Part shown: positions 9,444 through 19,578 of the stretch, piece after piece | Numbering within the stretch: the first letter of the stretch is position 1 | Layout: every line of letters starts with the position of its first letter | From: Bdellovibrionales bacterium | GTDB taxonomy: Bacteria; Bdellovibrionota; Bdellovibrionia; Bdellovibrionales; JAUICD01 | Length of the DNA stretch: 64,000 bases | Reading direction: 5' to 3' | NCBI GenBank assembly: GCA_965262715.1 | Contig: OZ253553.1 | Coordinates: 2,528,001-2,592,000 of the forward strand | Program-made: the position numbers and the translations under genes | Notes under the pieces: generated by a model | The model's database searches: none | What the model was told of the DNA's origin: nothing | The model's input: only the letters and a program-made list of their open reading frames with translations

Positions 9444-12400
9444 ATGAAATTCTTTCTCTCTACCTTTAGTTTAAAACTTGGACGTTTATGTATTTGTTTA
9501 TTATTTTTAATGCTCGCAGCCTGTGGGGATGATGATGATAGGGGCCCCGCTAGTGTTGGAGTCATAGTAACAGGGCTTGAAAATGATGCAACACCCAGAA
9601 AGGCAAAGACATGGAACTGGGATTGTGAAGAAAATGGTGAAGAAGTAGATTGTGTTTATCGTCATGCGATCACCACAGCAGCATCCCATGATTTTAAAGA
9701 TGATGAATATGATGAATATAAAAGCGCAACCACTCCTGATGAGCTTGATGGAAAACATTATATTCATGTCCAAGCAGAATCTAAGGAGACAGATAATAAG
9801 TCAGAAGTAGAGACAGTTTCTGTGACATTAGATAATACCCTTCCAAATGACCCAGAGCCAAATAATTTTGATGTTCCTAGTTCAAGTAATGATTCACCAA
9901 TTCAAATCACTGTGAAAAATCTTAAGGCAGGAGATATAGTTCGTATTTATGTTGATGATCCTGAGGAAAAAGATACAGAAAATAGCAATTTTCTTAGTAA
10001 TGTTTGGAGCTTTGTTGCTCCTGCTTTAAATTTAAGTTCAACAACCTCTCCTGATACCATCTGTACTAATGATAATAAAGTAGGAGAAAAAACTGTTAGC
10101 AGTGGCCAGACAGAGGTCACTGTAGATGTAGATGCAAATGTCAGTGAGCACGAATATTATGCAACAATTGAAGATGCAGCTGGAAACGAAAGTGCTTGTA
10201 TAAAGGTATTTACTTACGAGAATATTTTTGTACCTGAACCTCCTGCTCCAACAGCTTGTCCATCTATCAAGCGCTCACCTCATTGGAAATTTGTTGACGG
10301 ACTTTGTCGCCCTTCCTGTGGAGCTATTGCAAGCCGCGCAGGCTATGGCAGTGGAACTCATATTCGTGGAGGCTCAGACACTTGCAACAGTCTGACAGCA
10401 AACGGATACAGTGATTGGACTGAATTCTACATTGAAGAGGGTGGTCAGACAATAAGCAGTAATGATGCTTGGGAGATCGCAGAGAGAGGCGGCGTATGCT
10501 GTAAAAGAGGAACTGCTAACAATCCACGTTCTGCACCAGTTGTGACAGGTCTTGATCATGACCTTACACCGGGGCTTGAAAAAACTTTTACCTGGGGCTG
10601 TGATCAAAGTAATTGCCGTTATAGATATGCTATCAATAAATATAGCTCTCATACCTTTCCTGAAAGTACTGTTTACACAAATACAACAACAGTCACTAAA
10701 ACTCATCTGGATAGGAGAACCAAATACTATCTTCATGTCCAAGCTGCCTCTTCATCTCGAGAGTCTGCTGTTAAATCTGTATCATTTATCCTCGTACCTC
10801 CTACTCCTCCTAAAGTGATAGGATTAGATGATGATCCTACACCTAAAGCAGTTAAAGTATGGCGCTGGAATTGTGATAAAGGCTCTTGTACCTATCGCTA
10901 TGCCATCAATCAAAATCAAAATCACACCTTTACGAATGAGTCTTATGGTCAAGATAGGATAGCTACAAAGCAGATCACTAATTCTAATGAAAATGGAACA
11001 TACTATCTACATGTCCAAGCTCAGGACGTAGATGGTAATGAATCTGAAGTAACAACAGTCCTTGCTATTCTTGAGATATCAATAAGTGAAGACATTCGTG
11101 TCACTGGTCTGAGTCATGATACCAATGCTGGAGACTCAAAGACTTGGAATTGGGGTTGTGATAGCAGTTCTTGTACCTATCGCTATGCTATTAACCAAAG
11201 CCAGGGGCACATATTCACTAATGAGGATCTTTATAACTCAACTCAAACAACTACAAAAACAATCACTTCTGCCAGTGATAATGGAGCATATTTTTTACAT
11301 GTTCAAGCGAAAGATGCAAATAACGATGAATCTGAGGTAGAAACAGTCCTTGCTGTTCTTGAAGTTCCAAACACTACAAATGATGTTCAAGTGACAGGCC
11401 TTAACCATGATACCAGTGCAGGAGCTTCCAAGACTTGGAATTGGGGTTGTAATAAGAGTTCTTGTACCTATCGTTATGCAATTAATCAAACTCAGACTCA
11501 TACTTTTTCTGGTTCTGGCGGATATGGATCCACTCAAAGAGCTGTCAAGACAATTTCTTCTGCTAGCGATAATGGAACATATTACTTGCATGTCCAAGCC
11601 AAAGATGCAAACAACAATGAATCTGAGGTAGAAACAGTCCTTGCTGTTCTTGAAATTCCAACAACTGTAAGTGATGTCCGTGTCACAGGACTCTTACATG
11701 ACACCAGTACTGGAACTTCAAAGATTTGGAATTGGGGTTGTAATCAAAGCTCTTGTACTTATCGCTATGCAATCAATCAAGCTCAGGCTCATCATTTTGG
11801 TAATGCTAGTTATGGTTCAACTCAAACAGCTACAAAATCAATCTCTTCTGCTAGTGATAATGGAACTTATTATTTACATGTTCAAGCTAGAGATGCAAAT
11901 AACGATGAATCTGAGGTAGAAACAGTCCTTGCTGTTCTTGAAGTTCCAGACACTACAAGTGATGTTCAAGTGACAGGACTTGCACATGATACTGTTGAAG
12001 GATCTTCAAAGACTTGGAACTGGGGTTGTAATAAAGGTTCTTGTACGTATCGTGCTGTGATCAATCAAAGTCCAAATCATACTTTTTCTAGCCGTTATGG
12101 ATCGACTCAAACAACTACAAAGACAATCACATCTGCCAGTGATAATGGAACTTATTATTTACATGTTCAGGCCAAAGACTCAAATAATAATGAATCTGAA
12201 GTTAAAACAGTCCTTGCCATTCTTAAGATTCCAACAACTACAACAAGTAATGTTCAAGTGACAGGTCTTCTGCATGATGATGTTCCTAAGACCTCAAAGA
12301 CTTGGAATTGGACTTGTAACAAAGGTTCTTGTACTTATCGCTATGTAGTCAATCAAGCTCAGACTCATAATTTCGGTAGCGCTAGCTATGACTCAACTCA

Positions 12401-15400
12401 AACAACTACAAAAGCAATCACATCTGCCAGTGATAATGGAACTTATTATTTACATGTTCAAGCAAAGAATTCAAATAACGATGAATCTGAAGTAGAAACA
12501 GTCCTTGCTGTTCTTGAAGTTCCAGACACTACAAGTGATGTTCAAGTGACAGGACTTGCACATGATACTGTTGAAGGATCTTCAAAAACTTGGAACTGGG
12601 GTTGTAATAAAGGTTCTTGTACGTATCGTGCTGTGATCAATCAAAGCCAAACTCATACTTTTTCTAGCAGTTATGGATCGACTCAAACAACTACAAAGAC
12701 AATCACATCTGCCAGTGAAAATGGAACTTATTATTTACATGTGCAGGCCAAAGACTCAAATAATAATGAATCTGAAGTTAAAACAGTCCTTGCCATTCTT
12801 AAGATTTCAACAACTACAACAAGTAATGTTCAAGTGACAGGTCTTCTGCATGATGATGTTCCTAAGACCTCAAAGACTTGGAATTGGGGTTGTAATCAAG
12901 GCTCTTGTACTTATCGCTATGCAGTCAATCAAACTCAGACTCATAATTTCGGTAGGACTGGATATGGGTCCACCCAAAGAGCTGTTAAGACAATTTCTTC
13001 TGCCAGTGAAAATGGAACTTATTATTTACATGTGCAGGCCAAAGACTCAAATAATAATGAATCTGAAGTTAAAACAGTCCTTGCCATTCTTAAGATTTCA
13101 ACAACTACAACAAGTGATGTTCAAGTGACAGGTCTTCTGCATGATGATGTTCCTAAAACTTCAAAGACTTGGACTTGGAGTTGCAATAAGGGCTCTTGTA
13201 CATACCGCTATGCAGTCAATCAAGCTCAGTCTCATACTTTTTCTTCAGGAGGTTATACATCTACTCAAAGCGCTGTTAAGGCGATCTCTTCTGCCAATGA
13301 AAACGGCGTATATTATTTACATGTACAGGCGAGGGATTCAAACAACAATGAATCTGAAGTGAAGACAGTGATAGCTATTTTTGAAATTTCAAGTGTTGTA
13401 GGGACTGTACAAGTAACAGGACTCTCACATGATACTGATCCTAAACGTTCAAAGGCATGGAACTGGGGCTGCGATAAGAGTTCCTGTACCTATCGCTATA
13501 CAATCAATCAAAGTCAAACTCATACTTTTTCTAATAGTGATAGATATAGATCGACTCAAACAGCTACAAAACGGATCACCTCTTCAAGTCAAAATGGAAC
13601 ATATTATTTACATGTTCAAGCAAAAGATGGAGGTAACAATGAATCCCAGATAAGAACAATCCTTGTTATTCTTAGGTATAGTGGTGGAGTTGTAGGTGAT
13701 CTTGCAGTCATTGGAGTTGAAGATGATATTATAGCAAAAGATCGTAAAATATGGAGATGGTATTGCACCAATAACTCTGGCGCTTGTAGCTACCGTTATG
13801 TTGTTAATCAGACTGATACACATACCTTCCCAGACAGCCATAGCTTTGATTCAAGTCAAATGGCTGAACAGACAGCCGGTACTGATGACAATGGGACATA
13901 TTATCTGCATGTTCAGGCAAAGGATGGAGCAAATAATCTTTCAGCTGTCAGAAGTGTTGTTGCTTATCTTACTGAGACCCTTTTTCCATCTTCATTATTA
14001 AACTTTATTTGTAATCCCAGTGAAAGTGTTGGAAAAAGCACGCTTTGTTCATGGGGTGTTAGTGGTGGTGAATACCGTCATATAATCAGTGAAAGCGCGA
14101 CTCACATTTTTGGAGTTGATGATCTTTATAGCATGACCACTACTTCTGCAATTATTGATGTGGCCAATGGCAACCGTCATGCTGGTACAACGTATTATTT
14201 ACATGTACAGGGTAAAGATGCAAATGGTAATCTTTCTGATATAGAGACAAACTTTATCACTTTAACAGCAAAAGAGATTGTGGTGAAAATTGATGAAGAA
14301 GAGAGCAAAAAACTTAATAAAATGAGTCAAAAATGGAAGTGGGAATGTGATGAAACTCCAGATGCACCTGCTGAGGCAGCTACTCCGGATTGCGTATATC
14401 GCTACGCAGTCACCAAAGATGAATCTCATACATTTGACAATAATGATGGCTATGGAAGTAATGAGGAAATTACCAAGACTCTAACACATAAAGATGAGAA
14501 TGGTACTTATTACCTCCATGTACAAACCAAAGATGCTGATAATAATGTCTCTGCTGTTAAGAGCAGCGATCCTGGAGTAGAATTAGCATTTGAATTAGAC
14601 CTGGCATTAAAAGATCCAGAGCCTCATACAGCGCCAACCAGCGATGGTGGTGAGGAAGAGCCAACATCACTACAACTTCATCTAAATAAAACGCCTACCT
14701 TTACATTAAGAGGTGTATTGGATAATCATAAGGTGACACTTTACAGCTCATCAGAGTGTACAGATGGAAGTAATGATGATAATGGCGATCCTACTAAAGA
14801 CACTCGAATATCAAGTGAAATCACTATGTCATCAGGACAAGTAGATATCACTATTCCTAATAATAAGTTTTCTGATTTAACGACATATCCTATCTATGTA
14901 GGTGTTAAAGATTCTAATAACGACATAGATTGCTATGCTGCAACAAGCACCTCTAGTGCGACTCCTGTCATAGCTGATGATACAAATAAAGATACTATTG
15001 CACCTCTTTTTGAATACACTCTCTATAATCCTATAGCTGGGGGAGTTGAGAAAACATGTTATCTATCTACAACAGGGGATGTCAAGTGTTGGGGTGATGG
15101 CACTGAAACACCAGATTCTCTTGACAGCTCGAAAGCTAAGGCTGTGGTTGTAGGTGGTGAGAATAATGAATGTCGTATCTTAAGTGATGATACCGCAACT
15201 TGTACTGGAAATTTCGTCCCTACAGAAAATAATGATGAAGTTAATGCCATTGCTCTGGGTGCGGATCATGCTTGCAGCATTTTAAAGGAAGATAACTCTG
15301 TATACTGTTCTGGTGATGACAATGACAAAGGACAACTTGGAACAGGAACTGCATCAAGTGGCGCAGTTAATTTAGGTTGTGATGGTCCTAGTAATAGTTG

Positions 15401-16400
15401 TGATCAACTTAAAGCTAAGGACATTGTTGCTGGTGACAATCATACTTGCGTAATTCTTTTAGATGAGAATGAAAACAATCCAGGTCAGAACTATAATGGC
15501 AGAGTTCTCTGTTGGGGACATAATGCCAAAGGACAACTTGGACAAAATGATATATTAAATCATGGTGCTGAGCCTGATTTAAGTTCTCAAGATACACAAC
15601 CTAGCCTTGTCAGTCAACTTGACTATGTTAATTTGGGTAGTGGTCGAACTGCTAAATCTATTACAGCAGGACAAAACCATACATGCGCCCTATTAGATAA
15701 TAATACAGTGAAATGTTGGGGACATAATATATTAGGTCAACTAGGTCGAAACAATGTCATTGATTATGGTACCGATAACAATCAAATGAGCAGCTTAGGT
15801 ACCATTTCTCTAGGCAGGAGTGCTGCTTCTATTTTCACAGGAGTCGGCTCTAATCATACCTGCGCTGTTTTAGATAATAATACAGTGAAATGTTGGGGTA
15901 ATAACTGGAAAGGACAACTTGGACAAAATGATAAAACAAATGTTGATGAAGATGGAGAAATTGGAAGTGATGATGATCCTGACGATCCCTTCCTTGATGG
16001 CAGTAAGATTGTAATTAACAGAAACCATGGTAGTGGTAGAGGCAATGATGTGCCTCTTAAGACTGGTGAGAGTCGAAGTAATATCCTAACCAAAACTGTA
16101 TCTAGTCTTTCAACTCTTCAATTTGGTTGTAATAGTGGCACTGATCGTAATGGTGAACCTCTACCTTGTTCTTCCTCAAATAACTTTAAACTCAAAGTTC
16201 CTTATGGCATTGCAGTAGGAAAAGATCATGCCTGTGCTGTCTTAGTGACAGATCAAGAAAGCGATAAAGGCAAAGACTTTGTAAAATGCTGGGGATCAAA
16301 CGATAAAAAACAACTTGGCCATGATGAAGACAAAAGTTATGGTAGTAGCACAACTGATAGTGTGGAAAAAGCACCTTTCATTGAGTTTCCAAGTGAGTAA
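9444..16400 (+). CDS. Giant lipoprotein with about 15 copies of a 97-aa repeat and a C-terminal RCC1-like region; probable adhesin or surface protein
   Basis: Signal peptide with lipobox LAAC; same repeat and RCC1 motifs as the 3-5153 paralog; 2318 aa. Confidence 0.9.
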   Translation: MKFFLSTFSLKLGRLCICLLFLMLAACGDDDDRGPASVGVIVTGLENDATPRKAKTWNWDCEENGEEVDCVYRHAITTAASHDFKDDEYDEYKSATTPDELDGKHYIHVQAESKETDNKSEVETVSVTLDNTLPNDPEPNNFDVPSSSNDSPIQITVKNLKAGDIVRIYVDDPEEKDTENSNFLSNVWSFVAPALNLSSTTSPDTICTNDNKVGEKTVSSGQTEVTVDVDANVSEHEYYATIEDAAGNESACIKVFTYENIFVPEPPAPTACPSIKRSPHWKFVDGLCRPSCGAIASRAGYGSGTHIRGGSDTCNSLTANGYSDWTEFYIEEGGQTISSNDAWEIAERGGVCCKRGTANNPRSAPVVTGLDHDLTPGLEKTFTWGCDQSNCRYRYAINKYSSHTFPESTVYTNTTTVTKTHLDRRTKYYLHVQAASSSRESAVKSVSFILVPPTPPKVIGLDDDPTPKAVKVWRWNCDKGSCTYRYAINQNQNHTFTNESYGQDRIATKQITNSNENGTYYLHVQAQDVDGNESEVTTVLAILEISISEDIRVTGLSHDTNAGDSKTWNWGCDSSSCTYRYAINQSQGHIFTNEDLYNSTQTTTKTITSASDNGAYFLHVQAKDANNDESEVETVLAVLEVPNTTNDVQVTGLNHDTSAGASKTWNWGCNKSSCTYRYAINQTQTHTFSGSGGYGSTQRAVKTISSASDNGTYYLHVQAKDANNNESEVETVLAVLEIPTTVSDVRVTGLLHDTSTGTSKIWNWGCNQSSCTYRYAINQAQAHHFGNASYGSTQTATKSISSASDNGTYYLHVQARDANNDESEVETVLAVLEVPDTTSDVQVTGLAHDTVEGSSKTWNWGCNKGSCTYRAVINQSPNHTFSSRYGSTQTTTKTITSASDNGTYYLHVQAKDSNNNESEVKTVLAILKIPTTTTSNVQVTGLLHDDVPKTSKTWNWTCNKGSCTYRYVVNQAQTHNFGSASYDSTQTTTKAITSASDNGTYYLHVQAKNSNNDESEVETVLAVLEVPDTTSDVQVTGLAHDTVEGSSKTWNWGCNKGSCTYRAVINQSQTHTFSSSYGSTQTTTKTITSASENGTYYLHVQAKDSNNNESEVKTVLAILKISTTTTSNVQVTGLLHDDVPKTSKTWNWGCNQGSCTYRYAVNQTQTHNFGRTGYGSTQRAVKTISSASENGTYYLHVQAKDSNNNESEVKTVLAILKISTTTTSDVQVTGLLHDDVPKTSKTWTWSCNKGSCTYRYAVNQAQSHTFSSGGYTSTQSAVKAISSANENGVYYLHVQARDSNNNESEVKTVIAIFEISSVVGTVQVTGLSHDTDPKRSKAWNWGCDKSSCTYRYTINQSQTHTFSNSDRYRSTQTATKRITSSSQNGTYYLHVQAKDGGNNESQIRTILVILRYSGGVVGDLAVIGVEDDIIAKDRKIWRWYCTNNSGACSYRYVVNQTDTHTFPDSHSFDSSQMAEQTAGTDDNGTYYLHVQAKDGANNLSAVRSVVAYLTETLFPSSLLNFICNPSESVGKSTLCSWGVSGGEYRHIISESATHIFGVDDLYSMTTTSAIIDVANGNRHAGTTYYLHVQGKDANGNLSDIETNFITLTAKEIVVKIDEEESKKLNKMSQKWKWECDETPDAPAEAATPDCVYRYAVTKDESHTFDNNDGYGSNEEITKTLTHKDENGTYYLHVQTKDADNNVSAVKSSDPGVELAFELDLALKDPEPHTAPTSDGGEEEPTSLQLHLNKTPTFTLRGVLDNHKVTLYSSSECTDGSNDDNGDPTKDTRISSEITMSSGQVDITIPNNKFSDLTTYPIYVGVKDSNNDIDCYAATSTSSATPVIADDTNKDTIAPLFEYTLYNPIAGGVEKTCYLSTTGDVKCWGDGTETPDSLDSSKAKAVVVGGENNECRILSDDTATCTGNFVPTENNDEVNAIALGADHACSILKEDNSVYCSGDDNDKGQLGTGTASSGAVNLGCDGPSNSCDQLKAKDIVAGDNHTCVILLDENENNPGQNYNGRVLCWGHNAKGQLGQNDILNHGAEPDLSSQDTQPSLVSQLDYVNLGSGRTAKSITAGQNHTCALLDNNTVKCWGHNILGQLGRNNVIDYGTDNNQMSSLGTISLGRSAASIFTGVGSNHTCAVLDNNTVKCWGNNWKGQLGQNDKTNVDEDGEIGSDDDPDDPFLDGSKIVINRNHGSGRGNDVPLKTGESRSNILTKTVSSLSTLQFGCNSGTDRNGEPLPCSSSNNFKLKVPYGIAVGKDHACAVLVTDQESDKGKDFVKCWGSNDKKQLGHDEDKSYGSSTTDSVEKAPFIEFPSE

Positions 16401-16607
16401 TTAGTAACTTATATTATTATCGATTATTATTATCGATGATATAGCAGTTATCTAGCTTTTTCCATCACTCTCAATGTCCCTTTTTCAGAAATTGCGTGGA
16501 TAGTCCTTATAATCCATTGTGGCCTTATTAGGCAAAAGTTGTTCAACCATGCTCACTTTAAGGATGTTTTCTTTGACTATAAAGTAAAGAGGTTATTAAC
16601 TAGTGGT

Positions 16608-18080
16608 ATGGCGTTACAAGTTTTAGTTGCAGATCACAGTGAAAGTATTTCAAAGGCTATTTATCTTTCTCTAGAAGACTTAGCAGTTAAAGTTCAACCA
16701 ATAACCCTTGATAACCTGACTCATCTAAGTGGCACATTGTTACCTTTAAAAAAGGATATAGTACAGATGGTCAATTCCTTTAATCCATCTATTATCTTTT
16801 TAGATACCCTACTTGCTAAAATTAATGGCTATGAGCTAGCTAAAATTCTTAAATCTGATGAAACCATTAAATCTATTCCTATCATACTCATGTACAGCAG
16901 TATTACAGGTATTGATGAAGAAAAGTTTAAAGCCTCTGATGCTGATGATATTTTAGAAAAACCATTTACACAGGAAAAATTAAGATACCTTGTTATAAAA
17001 TATTTGAAGATAGATTCTCCTCCATTAGGTTCAATTGGAGAAGAAGTCGAACTCCCTCTTATTGAAGATTTAAAGGAAGATATTATGAAACAAGTGCAAA
17101 ATTCACCGTCTCATTTAACAAATCGAGCGGATGCAACTTCTAAAACATCACAACCTCCTAATGGAGATAATAGTGCTTTAAAACCTAAAGGATTGATCAG
17201 TAGTGAATTGGAACTTAAGGAATTACAAATGTCTCTATCTGAATTGGATGGAGAAGAGGATTTTCAACAAGTAAACCTTTTTCCTTCATCCACATCAGAA
17301 GAAACAAAACAAGAGAATCATTCTAATGATAACACGCTTGATTTTTCAGATATTGATTTTACCAATACTTCAAATACTTCATCAAAAGAACCTTTAGAAA
17401 ATCAATACCAAACAGATACAGATGATGTTTCAGTTAAAAAGACACCTAAACCTAAGATCTCACCAAGTTTATTTAATAAAAATCTAAGCCAATCAACTCA
17501 TAAGGATAAAGATGAAACCACACACAAAAATCTTCATTTACAAAAAAAGAATACAGATACTTCATTACACTCTAGAGATTCCTCCAAAGATGTAAAAGAA
17601 GATTCTATAACTATTCCAACATCTAATGAAAAAATATCCTTTGCCTCAGATACCTCTGAAGATAACAAGTTAAAAGTAAATACAGAATCATCAACTTCAG
17701 ATAAGCCATTTGAAAGTTTAGCTGACACTGATGATACTTTTCACTTGAATATTACTGCAGAATCTATTGTAGAGGATGAGATTGACCTGCAAAGCTTAGA
17801 ATCTGAAGAAGATACAGATCACATTGACTTTTTAGTAGCTTCAAATGCTCAAATCTCAGAACCTCAACAAACGGATAACCCTGTGAATTTAAAACAAAAC
17901 GAAGAAGCTCAAAGCCAATTAGAGGAATCTTCAAAAGAAGACATAAAGAAGATTATTTATGAAGAGGTTAGAAAGATAACACAAGAGCAAATCCAAAGAA
18001 CTTTAAATAAAGAATTACCTCAGATGGCGAAAAAACTCATCAAAGAGGAAATCACTCGTCTGCTCTCTGAATATAAATGA
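16608..18080 (+). CDS. romR: RomR-like response regulator (receiver domain, long acidic linker, helical C-terminus)
   Basis: Receiver motifs VLVAD, IFLDTLL, GYEL, LEKPF. C-terminal ELPQMAKKLIKEEITRLL resembles the RomR C-terminal motif as I recall it. ATG 16608 preferred over TTG 16539. Confidence 0.75.
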   Translation: MALQVLVADHSESISKAIYLSLEDLAVKVQPITLDNLTHLSGTLLPLKKDIVQMVNSFNPSIIFLDTLLAKINGYELAKILKSDETIKSIPIILMYSSITGIDEEKFKASDADDILEKPFTQEKLRYLVIKYLKIDSPPLGSIGEEVELPLIEDLKEDIMKQVQNSPSHLTNRADATSKTSQPPNGDNSALKPKGLISSELELKELQMSLSELDGEEDFQQVNLFPSSTSEETKQENHSNDNTLDFSDIDFTNTSNTSSKEPLENQYQTDTDDVSVKKTPKPKISPSLFNKNLSQSTHKDKDETTHKNLHLQKKNTDTSLHSRDSSKDVKEDSITIPTSNEKISFASDTSEDNKLKVNTESSTSDKPFESLADTDDTFHLNITAESIVEDEIDLQSLESEEDTDHIDFLVASNAQISEPQQTDNPVNLKQNEEAQSQLEESSKEDIKKIIYEEVRKITQEQIQRTLNKELPQMAKKLIKEEITRLLSEYK

Positions 18081-18091
18081 ATACAAATAAT

Positions 18092-18378
18092 GGTTCATAA
18101 CTAGGAACTGTTTACCTTTCGAGGTGTTGTTGTAAACGATCTGGTGTTACACAAAATAGACATTTAGAGTTAAAAGCATACAGTAGGCTTCTGAAGTAGG
18201 TCCCCCAGCCAGTGCCTCAAGGAACAAACTTTTCTTAAAGTATTTTATCCATAATAAAATCACAAAATAACAGTAATGCAAGGCACGGGGGCTGCCTGTT
18301 GTCTATAGAAGAAGCCTACTGTATGCTTTTAATTTCAAATATTTATCGCAAAAAGTAAACAGTTCCTAGTTATGAGCC
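18092..18378. mobile_element. MITE-like palindromic element with nested inverted repeats
   Basis: Outer arms GGTTCATAACTAGGAACTGTTTAC / GTAAACAGTTCCTAGTTATGAGCC; inner arms TTAAAAGCATACAGTAGGCTTCT / AGAAGCCTACTGTATGCTTTTAA; related copy at 34527-34672. Confidence 0.8.
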
Positions 18379-18473
18379 TTAAAAATAATATCTCTTGATT
18401 TTATAGGCAAGTGTAAGTATAAGATGGCTATACCACTCATCTTAAAGAGCAAAGGTTTTGTAAGGAGGCTGAT

Positions 18474-19220
18474 TTGATCTTTTCCGTAATAAACCAAAAG
18501 GGAGGAGTTGCAAAAACCACAACAGCCTTAAATGTTGCAGCTGCTTGGGCCAAAAATGACATTAAAGTCTTATTAATAGACCTAGATCCTCAGTCATCAG
18601 CTACTAGAGCTATCTTTGGAGATAATGAGTTTGAAAAAACAATTTATGATATTTTAGTGAATAAACTACCTTCTGAAGAAGCTATTGTTTCATCAAAGAC
18701 CTTTGGTTTTGACGTTATTCCTTCAGAGATCATGCTTTCGGGTTTAGATATTCAGATTGCAGCTCATTTTGGAAGAGAAAGACTTCTGAAAAAAAAGCTA
18801 GAGTCTATCAAAAGAAAATACCAAGCTATTATTATAGATTGCCCTCCTAGTCTTGGCCTCATCACTGTAAATGCTCTAATGGCTTCTCGAGACATTATTA
18901 TTCCTATTTGCCCAGAATACTTTTCCGTAAAAGGCATCGATTTGATATTAGAAACTGTCAACAGTTTGCGAGCAGGCCTTGGACACAAATTAGGTGTTAG
19001 AGGTATTGTGATCACAAGATATAAGGAGAGAAAAGTTGCAACAAAGATTATACAACAAATTGAAGAAAAATATGGTCTTAAAATTTTTAAAGATTATATT
19101 CCTGACGCTATTGCTGTTGAAGAAGCACACCATGCACACATGCCAATGGTTAATTACCTACCAAATCATAAAGCTTCAAAAGCTTATAGTAAGTTATCAC
19201 AGGAGATATGGTCACAATGA
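18474..19220 (+). CDS. parA: ParA/Soj-family ATPase (no adjacent parB)
   Basis: Deviant Walker A NQKGGVAKTT, IDLDPQ, IIDCPPSLG. Confidence 0.9.
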   Translation: MIFSVINQKGGVAKTTTALNVAAAWAKNDIKVLLIDLDPQSSATRAIFGDNEFEKTIYDILVNKLPSEEAIVSSKTFGFDVIPSEIMLSGLDIQIAAHFGRERLLKKKLESIKRKYQAIIIDCPPSLGLITVNALMASRDIIIPICPEYFSVKGIDLILETVNSLRAGLGHKLGVRGIVITRYKERKVATKIIQQIEEKYGLKIFKDYIPDAIAVEEAHHAHMPMVNYLPNHKASKAYSKLSQEIWSQ

Positions 19221-19570
19221 ACAACCCCCTCTTTGTGGATTCTACAAAATTTCGTGGAGAGATGATCTTAGCTGACCTAGAAGCTTATGATGTTAAATTA
19301 CAAGAAGGAGAAACTCTTCACACAAAAGTTATTTTAAAAGATGGAAGAAGTTATTTAGTGAATTTGAATCCTACAATTCCTTGTTATAAAGGGAGTATAA
19401 GACTTGCTTATCAAGAAAACGTGAGCTTTCAACATCTTATTATGAAAGATGATCATATTGTTGCTAAAACTCAAGAGAAGAAGCTATCTGTTAACTACAT
19501 CAATAGGTTTTCATTAAAAGAACTTAGCTTTCAAGAAAGAACTTCTCATCAATCAACAGACATATTGTAA
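19217..19570 (+). CDS. Hypothetical protein translationally coupled to parA
   Basis: ATGA overlap with the parA stop codon; 117 codons; no recognised motif. Confidence 0.65.
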   Translation: MNNPLFVDSTKFRGEMILADLEAYDVKLQEGETLHTKVILKDGRSYLVNLNPTIPCYKGSIRLAYQENVSFQHLIMKDDHIVAKTQEKKLSVNYINRFSLKELSFQERTSHQSTDIL

Positions 19571-19578
19571 CTTCATTT

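Noticed and set aside
448..16374. Many short alternate-frame and antisense ORFs in the giant genes
   Set aside because: They recur with the repeat units and are by-products of the main frame
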